This document shows, piece after piece, positions 50,650-62,492 of a DNA stretch of 64,000 nucleotides. Source of the DNA: Ramazzottius varieornatus (Eukaryota; Animalia; Tardigrada). The notes under the pieces are model-generated. The model ran no database searches. It was not told the DNA's origin and saw nothing but the letters and a program-made list of their open reading frames with translations. Every line of letters begins with the position of its first letter. Position 1 is the first letter of the stretch. Location: assembly GCA_001949185.1 (NCBI GenBank), contig BDGG01000010.1, positions 1,621,773 to 1,685,772 of the forward strand. The letters run 5' to 3'. Position numbers and translations under genes: made by a program.

Positions 50650-53600
50650 TAAGGTGAAGCATATCCTGGTGTACTGCTTCTCCCTTTCAAAGATAGTATA
50701 TCCGTGTGAATGAACGCCTGAAAGAATATTACTTGCTAGAGCGTCACTTCCTACAGCAAAAATAGCGGCTATCGCAGCGGTTGTGGGGAAAAATTCCAGG
50801 GGAAGGATCCATGCTTAGCCCATAGTTATCATACTCTTGTGCCTGAAGAGCTTCTAGAACTAAAACACTAGTAAAGATGAAGAAGAACCGGGAAGAAGAA
50901 GACGACGAACTTATGGAAGACACAGTTGAACAGTGTTATCACAGACGTGTGGTTCTTCCGGCAGCCAATCTCGCGGTAACAACTATTTCACCGTACCGGC
51001 CACGGTGTACCCGCAGCATGGGCTGCGGTGTCCGGCACTGCTACTGCGCTTGTGGTTTGAGCTGTTTCTACACCGCAAAAGCCAGTGGGCGACAATATAA
51101 TAGTCGCGAAACAGTCCCTCTGGGTGACACGCCTCTCCAGTAAGCAAACAACCATTACCGGGGCGAGTAAAAATAAATGGATGGACTTAGTCTGTCGGTT
51201 AGCCTTGCGCTGCTGAATTGATTGAGTGCAGGGATGTGCACACGAATTTTCCGACGAAGTGCTTTTTTGTCACCCTTGCCAAGGGCCAGAGGTGGGCGGA
51301 TAGGTTTTCACTCCAAGAATAAAAACCATGTGTCTTTACATTCGTAGAATTATATTAGTAGAATTTATAGAAATCTATTGCAGAATGCCACGGATGGGTG
51401 AAGAGCTATTAGGCGTGGAAGAAACAGCTGGAAGCTACAAGAAAGCACACATCATGAACGGACACAGCAAGGGAATTGATACCGTAGATCTTGCTAGACC
51501 AAAAACCTCAAAGAACATTTAACCAGTCAGGCAAACATTGCACGTAAATAATAAGCCAAGCGGCGAAAATGAATATTCGCACTGGAAAAAGGACGCTCCG
51601 TACGCTTTCAGCTAGCCGCAAAACGAAGTGAAATGGCCCTAATCGAAGTCAAGCTCTTCCACATCGACGTATCCATATTCATCCAGTGAGACTTCTTCGG
51701 GGTCCTCCATCTCAGCCAACTTGATGCGATCATTGGGTTCAGTATCACACACGGTTAGCCCAGCGTGTCATTGACTACCTGATTATGTACTCATGGCGCA
51801 AATCTGTTTAACTGATTGACAGCTGACCGTTGATTGGCCGATCTGCCGCATCCTCACTACCCGGGACGGATTCACGCGTACGACTGTGCGGAGGATCGAA
51901 CATACTGAGGTTCAAGAATCCTGTCAGTTGATCTTCCCCCGTAGCGGGATGATCGAAAGCTGATCTTAACTTTCTAAAACGGCCAAGTTGACCCGCCTCG
52001 CGAACTAAGAACTATGGCCGTAAAAGAATCCATAAGAAATGTTGGATGGGTTGGCCAGGAGGCTAGATGTAACACCCATCGGTAGATAAAACAGAGCTTA
52101 GATTCTGTGAGCTTCGAGCAATGCAAGAGTTTCGGTGAGTTCTCACATAGTGTTGTTGGTGATGGCGGCTCAGCAAATTTACAAACGAGGCTTCCAGTGT
52201 ATGTAGTCAGTTAAAGGCTGGCGCGACATTACTTTATGATTTCTTAGTCTACTAGTGATGTGGGCATAAGGGTATCCCGACCTAATATAATTTTGATTTA
52301 ATAAAGCCACTGGCAGAGCTCGAAGCCAGGGAACTTTCCTCCCTACATACTTTTATCGTTTAACTAAATCTTCTTCACATCCAGCAAAAGATAGATCGAA
52401 ATTCGACGAACTCGACACACAGAGCGTTCGGAAGCGCAAGAAAGGGCCTTGAAAAGCAGACAGCATCGCCTTCAGCAATGAGCGTTGCGAGTATGCAGGT
52501 GGATCGCCAGACTCGTTTACCTGCACTATCCAATCAAACGAAGTTGACAATCAATGTATCGCCCTGAACGCTGATCAATATACGGTGATGTGCAGGTGCG
52601 TGACGCGTAATGATCCAACCCAACAGCGCACTGCGCAGAGTCGCACGCTTTTGCTAGACGCAAATCAAGTCTTATTTTAATCAACCAAAGACGAAATCGC
52701 ATATTCATAATCTTAGTATGGAGCGCCTTTCGAGTTGATTTTAATACAATATATTCAGCTCTGGATTCCATCTAATTTAACACTAATAGATATCCTGCCT
52801 CCTTCGAGGCATCTAATAAATGTTATTATAATATATTATATGCCAAAGGCATCTAATAAGTTCTAATTTAATATAATATTCATACCTGCCAACATCACTA
52901 AAGTCTACTCTGCTACCGCGGTTTTGTTACCGCCGATGCAGTGAGGCTATCACGTAATGCCCGCAGAGCTTACTAATGAACCTTGCGTGCGACTTGATAA
53001 CCCCATGTTATCCTATGTCATCCCATGTCAGAGCACTTCAGGTGGTCTAACATGGGAATTCTGGGCACGAGCTGTCGTTGTGGAGCTGGTTTTGTTCGTA
53101 AGTTTTTGTTTGAACCCCTCTGCTGAACTTTGCCCATTGAAGGGCAAAGTACAATACTAGTGGAGATAAGCTTGTGAATCGAATGTGACTTAAGAGAAGC
53201 CAAAGTAGGTCACAAATAAAGGAGATAAGGCTACAGCATTGCATTCTGAGTCACAGGGAGTAATTCAGTGGTTGGGGACTTGGGATACGCGCTGCCATCA
53301 TCCCAGTTCCCGTTTACTTCCGTTTTACCCTCCCTCGGCGGCAACAGCACGGGTCGACTAGGGCCGGAAATGGTGGAAAAACGACCACCCTAAATGGCTC
53401 TGACATACAAGAGGTGGGCATTTCCATTCCGAAAGAACAGGGTGGGAACGGCAGGATGGAAAAGCTGGGATAGGGTGGGATTACTGGTTTTCCGTGACAT
53501 CAAACCCGCAAACCACAAGTTCTAAAAGTTCCTGGTGTCTCTTTCAAGGGTTGCAAGTTAACCACCTCATTTGTACACAAGAGAGTAGCATTCCCTCCCA

Positions 53601-54339
53601 TCTCGGCTACACACCGTCAGCCAGTGCAATCATGGCATGCCAAGAACATTACTCTATAACGTCAGTATATCAAAACTGACAGAAGACATTAGTTCAAAGG
53701 TCCCAGGTACTGGAATTACCTGGGGCGGTGCGGCAGTGCACCGCCCTAGGTTCAGAAACAGCGAAGTCCATTAGCTGTGCTATTCCAGTAGGGAAGGAAA
53801 TCGCATTGTTGAGGTCTGATTCGCACACTCCATAGTACTTTCATAAATTTGATAGAGAGTCAGAGAGGAAATTTGTACGAATTCGACTTTCGTGCCCCGT
53901 TTCGACCTTTCAAAGCACTTCAAACTGGAAACGACATACAAGGAGCAGATAGTGCGTTGAATTATCTATAAAACTGTATCATCCGAAATTTTATCCAAGG
54001 TCTTCAAAGAGAGCAGATGTGGATAGAAACAGAGAACCTTCAAAACCTGACCAGTGGCCGCTCCTATTGACCATGTGTGGGAGAGGAGCCTGTTTTTCTC
54101 GCTCTTCCTACTCGCACGCAGAGCCTGCTCGCTCTGTGTGCCTTATCTCAATGGGGAGATAGATTCTGGCAGGTTTTTTGCTACCTTCTCCTGCTACCAT
54201 CACATGACTTGTGGCCACTAACCAAGCAAGGGATGCTTGCACAGCACTAACGCGGTGGAATGGCTCACCCATAGAGCTTCTTCATAACGCACACAGAGAT
54301 CGCCAACTGTTCGACGTATCTTCAACGGATTACCCAACC

Positions 54340-54608
54340 TCGACGGTCTTGCACTGTCCAACCTTGATAAGGTTCTGATCTCGGAAATGGAGGTGGCAGA
54401 TTTGCTGTGTTGTAGATTACAGTAGTTCTCCATTCTCGCCCAGTCTACGGCTGAACTGAACCCACGCAGCCCGACGAGTACCATCACTGACAGCACATGG
54501 GAATTGGAAGAAATGAATTTGCGAATTGTCTTTACCAAATCGATTCATACAAGTCGCAGCAAAACAGCAAGCACCAGAGTAAGATTTATCCGAAGACACC
54601 TCGGCCAC
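54340..54608 (-). pseudogene. Decayed THAP (C2CH zinc-finger) domain coding sequence
   Basis: CCFAATCMNRFGKDNSQIHFFQFPCAVSDGTRRAAWVQFSRR...*STTQQICHLHF follows the THAP pattern C-x4-C..F-x-F-P..W..IC-xx-HF, with an in-frame stop at 54417-54419. Confidence 0.8.
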
Positions 54609-56344
54609 GATTGAAAGCGCGAGAACTAAATTAATGATGTACTATAACTGAGATCCTTTTTGATGGACACTGCCCGCATGCGCAGGCATGCTACAGTTCC
54701 AGTCTATTACAGTGGCGCGCAGAACCTATCAATCTGATGTTATGTATTGCGTACAAGACTCGAAAAATGCTCGAAGCATTTTTAGCGGTCATCATTTTAT
54801 GGAGTGTGAGATTGAGGCCTCAAACTCACTTCCTTTTATCTCGTACGTGCGGCCACTATTAGGCAACGCTTAAAAATGCACTGGAAACAGTAAATCTCAT
54901 TTCAATTTTCACTGCTCCGCTTACGCAAGGACAGTCGCAGCATTTCGATATTCTTGTTTCTATTCAGAAGCAGATATCAGAAAAGGTTCACTGAAAGACG
55001 ACACGCGCCACTGCAGATAAGTGGCTCTACGTATCACCGCTTCGCGACGCTACACCCAAGTTTCCCGGTCTTGACCGAAAACCCTCGAATTGCATGAAAA
55101 CGCGCGAACCGTCAGACTAAATTCAAATTGATGACTGTCCAGAAGTGTGCTCGACCCTCACTTTCTTACGAAACTGAAACAAGCTGCTTGAATTAACTCC
55201 ATCTGTAGCGACGGCCATGGGGTCGACAAAATCACAAAATACATTTAACGTTCGCGACACGAATAAATTACAGGACTGCAGAAACAGTGCAACTCCGGTT
55301 TTAGTATCTACAACAGAAGATATACGATATTCCAAAAGGTATTCGAAACTCCAAAATCTATGGACGGTGGTCTTGAACTCCAGTTTTCAGTTAGACGAGA
55401 CGACAGCGCTACGGGTGGGCCCCATCATCTGCAAAGTTTTGCCGGTACCGCGACCTCCATTTGTTGATCGCATCAGAATTTCCGAATTTCCGACGTCACG
55501 TCTTCTAGTCCACAAGATCGACGTCAGCATAAAACTATCATACCTGGAACTCTGTGATCAATATTCCGGTATGATTGGTCCATAAAAGCACCGAACAAAT
55601 TCATCATCAACCTTCTCAAGGCGCAAACATTCCGAAAAAAGTTAGATTGAGCATTGCTTCAAATTGTCATGTTCGGGCGCGTGAGAATCGATAGGAGATG
55701 GTCAGGATAATTTTACCGGTCCTGCGTCCGGGTGTACTTCCTGTGTTATTAGCTTACAGAGCAGTACATTGTGTGCCTTCGAAAACGCGTTTGAACTGCG
55801 GATTGTACTCGTTGGCCAAATAATCCACTATACAACCACTAATGACTCAGCACAGGCTGACTATGTGAAGCATCGTTATCTGAATCGTTTTTGTCACGTG
55901 CACTTGAGAAAACCGCTTTGATGCCCTCCAGTGCGGCGACCCGTCCAGATTTGTTCGTGGAGAAGAAACCATGCAACACTTGAGTTACCTAACAAAGTTC
56001 TACAGTGATACACCGCTCATCGTGAAAGGTTTGATTCCAAAAGGAGAGTCTTAATATTTCTACAGTCGCGCTCTAGATATATCGAATTATGGCACAAGAA
56101 TTATTTCACTCAATGGCTTGCTAGCCTACCTTTGGGCAACAGTACCCGTTAGGGTGCCGCCCCGCGAGTCTCGTGTTAAACCTTTACCCGTGTGCAGCTT
56201 TTCGTCTGCGTGCTAGCTGCGGAGTTTCGGCTAGACTGAATACCATACATTGACAAGTGTGCCTTACTTATCGCCCTTGCACAGTATACACAGCGGGAAT
56301 CTGTTCAAACATATCATTGCGCAAACTGAATCAAGCAGCGTCTG

Positions 56345-56466
56345 GTACTGTATGCTCTCCCGAAATTCACGTACGTCACTGACTCTCAAATCATTGGGGT
56401 CTTACCGTGGCGAAAATACACTCTGAATGGAGTGACGTACGTGAATTTCGGGAGAGTATACAGTAC
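56345..56466. mobile_element. ~120-bp hairpin MITE
   Basis: 35-bp inverted arms TACTGTAT(G/A)CTCTCCCGAAATTCACGTACGTCACT with one mismatch. Confidence 0.8.
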
Positions 56467-56757
56467 AGTCAACATGTGCTCGTGCTGCCCTGTCAAACAA
56501 TTGACCTTGCATTCTGGGAGTACAGTGTAGGCAAATAAGCTACTCTAAAAGTGGGTTGGACTATCGACAGTGAAGACACCGAACCAAAAACTATTCTAAA
56601 CGAGACAGCTTTCCTTTATGGTTGATTACAGCAGTTGATCAAACATACACACACACTCCACAGCTGACTGCCCAAATGACAGGCAACATGTTACGTAACA
56701 CCCGGCAAAACGTTCAGGCTGGTCTGAAAGTTCTCTTCTTGGACATCTATCCATCTG

Positions 56758-56850
56758 TCCCAACTCGTCGTACTCGGCTTTGGAAATCCATATCCGTTGG
56801 AAAGTTGACAGCGAAGCCAGGATAGAACCACCGATCCAAGGACTGTACAA
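56758..56850 (-). pseudogene. Actin C-terminal coding fragment inside the Tc1 element
   Basis: [31 protein letters not shown] versus animal actin [31 protein letters not shown]: 25/31 identical by hand count. Confidence 0.92.
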
Positions 56851-56851
56851 G

Positions 56852-58068
56852 ATGGCACCAGGAAAGCCTGTCGATCCAGACCTTGTTGGTCTTGTTTTCA
56901 GGTGTTTTGCACAAAACAACAGGAATTACAGCGTAGTTGGACGGCTCGTGGGAAAGAGCTACAAGTGGGTACAGAATATCATCGTTAATTACGATGAATC
57001 AACGAAAAGCGCAAAGTTGCCAAGCCAAAAGGAAGACCTCGTGCGACGACCACTGAGCAGGACGCCGATTTGTTGGGATTCGTCTAGGCGAATCGAGAGC
57101 TTAGCGGCGCCAAGATTGCTGTGGAAGTTGGACTATGTCGCAAGACACTATTAAACCGTCTGCGAGATTTTAAGGCCCGCCGATCCAAAGCTGTCCTGGA
57201 TGAGGTCACCCAGGAGCATAAGGACAATCGCGTCTTCTGGTGCCTTATTCAGCGGGAGCTTCTTCTGGAGAACCCTACAATGTTCCACGAAGTCATTTTC
57301 AGCGGTGAAGTCCGTTTCAATTTGCATGGTGGCAAGATTGAGGTGATCATATTTATTATTTATCGTATTCACTATATTTATTATATTTAATTTATTTATT
57401 TTATTCATTGTATTTATTTTATTTATTTTTCTATTCTATTTTTTCTATTTATTTTAGTGCTGGTATTTGAAAGGGGAGAATCGTCAGAATAAGGACTTGC
57501 AAGTTCTGTTGCCAGTCGCATCAAGGGCAGGATATTGCTGTGGGGCGCTATCACCGCGACCGGACCTGTAGCGTTGATCAGGGTAGATGGTCGGATTAAT
57601 TCTGACGTATATGAGGATACGTTGTTTGAGCGTCTGCTGCCTTTCTTGGATAAGCATGGACGGGATCTGACATTTCAGCAAGACAAATATCCAATCCACA
57701 CTTCCAGAAAGATGGGGCAATTCTTTTGGAGGAAAGAAATAGAAGTAAGTCTTGCATTTCTAATTTCACATCGTTTACTTATCAAATTTTGAACGCACTT
57801 TCGAATATATAAGTCTACAGTCTGTCTATCTTAGGTTTTGGCATGGCCTTCAAGATCTCCGGATCTTAATGTCATCGAAAATGTCTGGAGAAAAATGAAT
57901 ATGTATATTTGTGACCGAAGACCGAAAAATCTGGTGGAGCTGGACACTCTTATCCAAGAAGCGTGGAAAGCGATCGTGACTCCCGAGTACTGCAGCAACC
58001 TGGTGAATTCGATGTTCGATAGAACGACTGATTATATTAATAATTCCGGTGCTCGCACTTCTTACTAA
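56852..58068 (+). pseudogene. Tc1 transposase with two GT-AG introns (57343-57457, 57745-57834); inactivated
   Basis: MAPGKPV HTH region, GRPR, IFSGE (D->G), LWGAI, FQQD-x34-E through WPSRSPDLNVIENVW. Frameshifts near 57020 and 57495; TAG at 57085-57087. Confidence 0.92.
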
Positions 58069-58522
58069 CCCCATGATTTCAGTTTTACAGGTCGACTTTC
58101 TTGTTTTACCTCATATAGTTTCGTGTTTCATGTTTGTGACGTTCTGGTTTTATGATCAAATTTCATCCAACTGAATTGCCGCTGAATGTTATTTATTGGC
58201 CCATAGTACTTTGATGTACGCCCATAACTGCCGCCCCCTTTTAGAGTAGCTTATTTTCCTACGCTGTACCTGAGCTTGATCCGGACAGGGGACAGCCAGC
58301 AGTCGCAATCCCGCGCTTCGACAAAAATAGACCAAAACCACGTTCTCCATGCTAGGGGTGAAAACCCGCTCGCCCGTCCCCTGGCAAGGGTGACAAAAAA
58401 TCCCTTCGTCCGAAAATTCCTGTGCACACCACTGATTGAGTGCATGGCCGCATCCGCATGCTAAGGTTTAACAGTAGCAGCACATCATTGCCAATTTGCC
58501 AGTTTCATTGCTTAGCATACAT

Positions 58523-58903
58523 GAGTTGCTAAAGGGGGCCTTGCCGTAACGTCAAATACACTGATTGAGCGATTGATTGATTACGTTCCGTTAATAAATA
58601 GGTAGGACCAATATGGTATACGTCATACGTTGATTATATACCGTACGTAATGTGATGTAATCCACTAAAAAAAACTCAAAATGAGCTCTTCATTCAATCA
58701 AAGAATGCTAGCAACAAACGAAAACCGTCAAACACAAGTAACCATTTGGGCCGCAAAAACCGCGAGCGATGGTTTGAACCGGGTGTCTCTACGTACACCA
58801 CGTACACAATGCTGACTGTTCGATAATGACTAATCACACGCCGTTTTCGACGGCTTGCGGTTTTGGTAGGCCACGTGCAAGTGGAGGCCCCTTTTAGCAG
58901 CTC
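58523..58903. mobile_element. Putative MITE with 19-bp imperfect TIRs just upstream of EXOC6
   Basis: GAGTTGCTAAAGGGGGCCT versus reverse complement GAGCTGCTAAAAGGGGCCT (17/19). No TSD seen. Confidence 0.55.
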
Positions 58904-59025
58904 GTCACTGGTGCTTATTACTCCCTATTTGTGGTTTTCCATGGATTTTCTCTGGAATATTCGGATTTCGGACAGTTCGTGATGGTTTTGTTACTTTTGA
59001 TAGCCTCGTAATTGGAAGGAGTGAG

Positions 59026-62000
59026 ATGTCTGTCGGCAGTGTTTATCAAAAGGATTGCCAAAATCAGACTGTGAATAGCCGTAACATCTTCCATCAAGGA
59101 AGTGGCGACTGGGTCGAGCTGTCCGGAAATCAAGATGTCTTTTCCAGGACGCCTAACATCACAGCCAACATCTCGGGCTTCTCAACTTACGAACTGGGGA
59201 GCTCGGAATCTACTCCACGGAAATCCCTTCCAGCGATATTCGATGAGGTGAATGGAACGCCGCACAGCGATACTACTGGAGACAGCAAAAGCTTATTTCC
59301 GTCCAGTCTACCTATTCAGTATAAAGCCCTGGTCAGCCAGATCGAAACGTCGAGACAGCCGAACTACCCGTTCATCCTTCGTCGCGTAAGTAACTGTCGA
59401 TTGAGACTGGTAGCGAGGGGTAAGAACGATAGATCCGTAAACAAGTGGAGCGGAAGATCGGCAACCATATTGTAGTGGTTTTCACACACCTGCATACAAA
59501 TTGTCCCATAGTTCTCTCGCCGTGAACGTATGCATCTTCGTGTCGTTATTTGTACTGTTATGTTTTCTTTTGTACTTACAGAATTCTTTGTTTTTCCAGG
59601 TATACGAAGCAGGACATCTGAAAGCCTTTCTACAATACCTTGACCGGAGATCCGAAGCTCAAGATGTCGAAACGGAGCAGATCTGCGCCGAACACACCGC
59701 CACACTCACGAAGACCGCGAAAGACATCATGTCCATCAGCCAAGGCGTGGAGTCAATCCACAGTGGACTGAAGTCAATAGGAAAAGTCCAAGCGCAAGAA
59801 CTGGAAGGTGCACACAACGCCGCAAAGCTCGTTGAAACATACGGTAACGCGTTGATCCATACAGCGACTCTGATGGAAAGAATCAGCATCCTCAAACCTG
59901 TCGTAAGAATCGTCGGAGAAGCTCAGATATGCATAGAGAAGGATCAGTTGGTGCGGGCGTTGAGAAAGCTCCATGATGCGTGGGAACGAGTGCGTACTTT
60001 GCCACATCACATTCGCTTAGTGAAGTCCTTGGCAGATAACATTCCATTCATGAAGGACCAGATCATCGCGCAGGCTAAACGGGGTGTGACTATCTCGTTG
60101 GAATCCATGCGAAGTGTGAATCTGCGAGTTGGTTACTTGACGCTGAAGACGATCTGCGAGACGCATCGAATAAATGTCGCGCCGTACTTCGTAGACAAGG
60201 CCGAGTTGCTGAGAAGCTACCCAGAAGAAGTCAAATACTTGGAAGACAAGAGCTGGAGTGTCGATCATGCCATCAAGATCAAGCATCTGCTGGTCTACAG
60301 GCACATCATGCTGACGTTCGAGCCGAAAGACTTGTCCGAAACTGAGCTGAAGTCCTACTGCGAGAACTACGAACTCCAAAGAAAACACCAGGTATGATGG
60401 GATCAGTGTCGGCTATCAATATTCGTAACGCTATTCGGTGGTCGTAGGCTGGACAGATGATGCAGTCGCCGAACAGTATGCGCTCCGTCGAAGACATTCG
60501 CAGATACATCCAGGAAATCATCGGGATCTTCGCTCTAGAGCTCCACGTAAACAAAACCATCACCGGTCTAACTTCGCCCGATTTCCTTTCCGCGCTTTGG
60601 TCTGAAACCGCGCCTGTCGTCACCACCACGCTTCGGTCCAGTTTCCCTCTCCTCACCGACGAAGAACGGTGTCGTCGCGTCAGGGACCTCATCAGCCTCT
60701 TATCTACTACAATGGAATCCCTCCACTGCGACACCAGCCAGATCACCGTAGTACTCGACAACATTCGTGACCATTACGGCGAAATACTCCTTCGTGGGTT
60801 GGTGGACCAGATGAATAGGGTTCTCGAGAGTGATGCCTTGATAGCAGTTAGTATAACGAGTCGTGAGGAGGAAGAGCGCTTTCTATGTGGGTTTCCCTTC
60901 CGGCTTGACGAAGTTCAGGACAACCAGATGCTCCCGAAACACTTTCCGTTCTCTACCAGTGTTCCCAAGATCTATACGTTAATGAAAGACTACGTGGCGT
61001 CGTTCCTGCAGTTTAGTCGAGAAGGAAGTCTTGGACAAGCGGAAGTGGATGACAAAGTAAGGACGTCGATACTCAACCTTCTGTCACAGAAGCTTCGAGC
61101 TTGCATTGGTGGAGTGGTAGAACGCGGAACTCTCAACATCGAACAGTTGGTCCAACTGTACATCAACTGCAAGTACCTGGAGTTCTCCTGTCAGTACCTG
61201 GAAGTCTTTCTCATCGACCTCTTGAAGCTTTCGTCCGCGGTATGGCTTGGTGGTCTTCACAATCAGGTTATTGCACACAATTTCTTCACTATTTATTTTC
61301 AGGCATTCCCGAGACCAGGATCCAGTCAGTCGGAACCATCAGAAAAGATCCGAACAGGTTCCTCCGCCTTTCCCACGCTGTTCGATCATTCTTCGATCTT
61401 CCGCGACATTCGTTCGCAAATCGAACAGCAGATCTACGCTAGCCTAAAATACGCACTTGAAGTCATGATGGACGAAACGCGCTTTGATTCCGCTGCGGCG
61501 GAAGTTTCCGACAAGCCTTCGGAACTGTGGCATCGAATCATCCGGTACTTGGAGCCAGTTTTCGACTCAGTTCGTAAGCTGCCCTATAATGTCTGCCAGA
61601 CAGCATGGATGACGGCGTGTAAGCAGATCGCTGGAGAACTAGAGCACAGTTTTGCCAAGAAGTCCACGATGGTGACGATTGAAGGGACTCAGCAGTTAAA
61701 GAACGACCTGAGTGCCTATGAAGACTTCCTGACCAAGCAGGCAGCCTATACTGACGTGTCGATGTTACTCTTGGCTTTCACGTCATTGAACCATCTGACG
61801 GATCTGCTTCTGTTGTGGGACTGGAATACCTACTTCCATGAGTATGGTAGGAAGGACGCGAAGTATGACCGGGTGCAGCCTCAGCTCGTGCTGCAGATTC
61901 TGCATAAGATGAAAGAGACGGATCGGAAGAAGAGCTCGGTGTTTCAGAATTTACGGAAAAATGAAAGAGACAAGAAAAAACTGTTGGATAATATTATTGT

Positions 62001-62037
62001 TCAGTTGAAAGAACTCTTGAATGAGAGGACGTCTTGA
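59026..62037 (+). CDS. EXOC6: Exocyst complex component 6 (Sec15); multi-exon
   Basis: FILRR|VYEAGHLKAFLQYLDRRSEAQDVETEQIC, HFPFSTSVPKIY, EVDDKVRTS, QLVQLYIN, WDWNTYFHEYG, and C-terminal KNERDKKKLLDNIIVQLKEL match Sec15/EXOC6. Confidence 0.9.
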
Positions 62038-62492
62038 ATCAATCTGCGTGGCGATGAAGATAATTAATGCGGTTCCATTTCCGTCTTCAGCAGATTCGCC
62101 CTTTGTTCCTTCTTTGCTTCCCTGCCTTAATATTCTTCACAAAATTACCTTTGTTTTTTCTGACACGAAAACGTGCGCTTTCTTTATCTTCATGGAATCA
62201 TGGACTAGTGGAGCGTGAAGACCTTCCGACTTCGGGCCATAAAGAACTTGGCGTTCACGTACGCACTTGCTTGGTCGGGTTACGGGTAATATCCTCTGTA
62301 CATATTTCGCCTTACGTCCGCAGATACTAACTGACACATAACATAACATGATTTGGTTTGTGATCTGAGAGCCAGGACCAAAATCTGTTTCTGATTTCTT
62401 GGATTAGCCCACGAGTCTCTGGAGTGTTTGTTTATTCATCTACGCGTTTCCAGACGGATAAACTGCAGGATCAGCACTACACAGTGGGGCAG

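Larger units (their letters stand above)
56523..58266 (+). mobile_element. Full-length Tc1-family (DD34E) transposon, 1744 bp
   Basis: TIRs CAG(T/C)GTAGG(C/A)AAATAAGCTACTCTAAAA (26/28 identical), TA TSD at 56521-22 and 58267-68, and an internal transposase. Confidence 0.95.
51229..58434. mobile_element. 7.2-kb hAT-type element with nested insertions
   Basis: Termini CAGGGATGTGCACA / TGTGCACACCACTG with ~85 bp of inverted subterminal similarity (TTTTTGTCACCCTTGCCA). Exact 8-bp TSD ATTGAGTG at 51221-51228 and 58435-58442. Confidence 0.9.

Noticed and set aside
53720-53750. GC-rich hairpin overlapping CTAG, considered as a Helitron 3' end
   Set aside because: The CTAG lies within the stem rather than ~10 nt downstream, and no 5' end or Rep/helicase sequence was found.
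56626-56919. Functional actin gene on the minus strand
   Set aside because: Only ~31 codons match and the upstream sequence is antisense transposase, so it is treated as a captured fragment.
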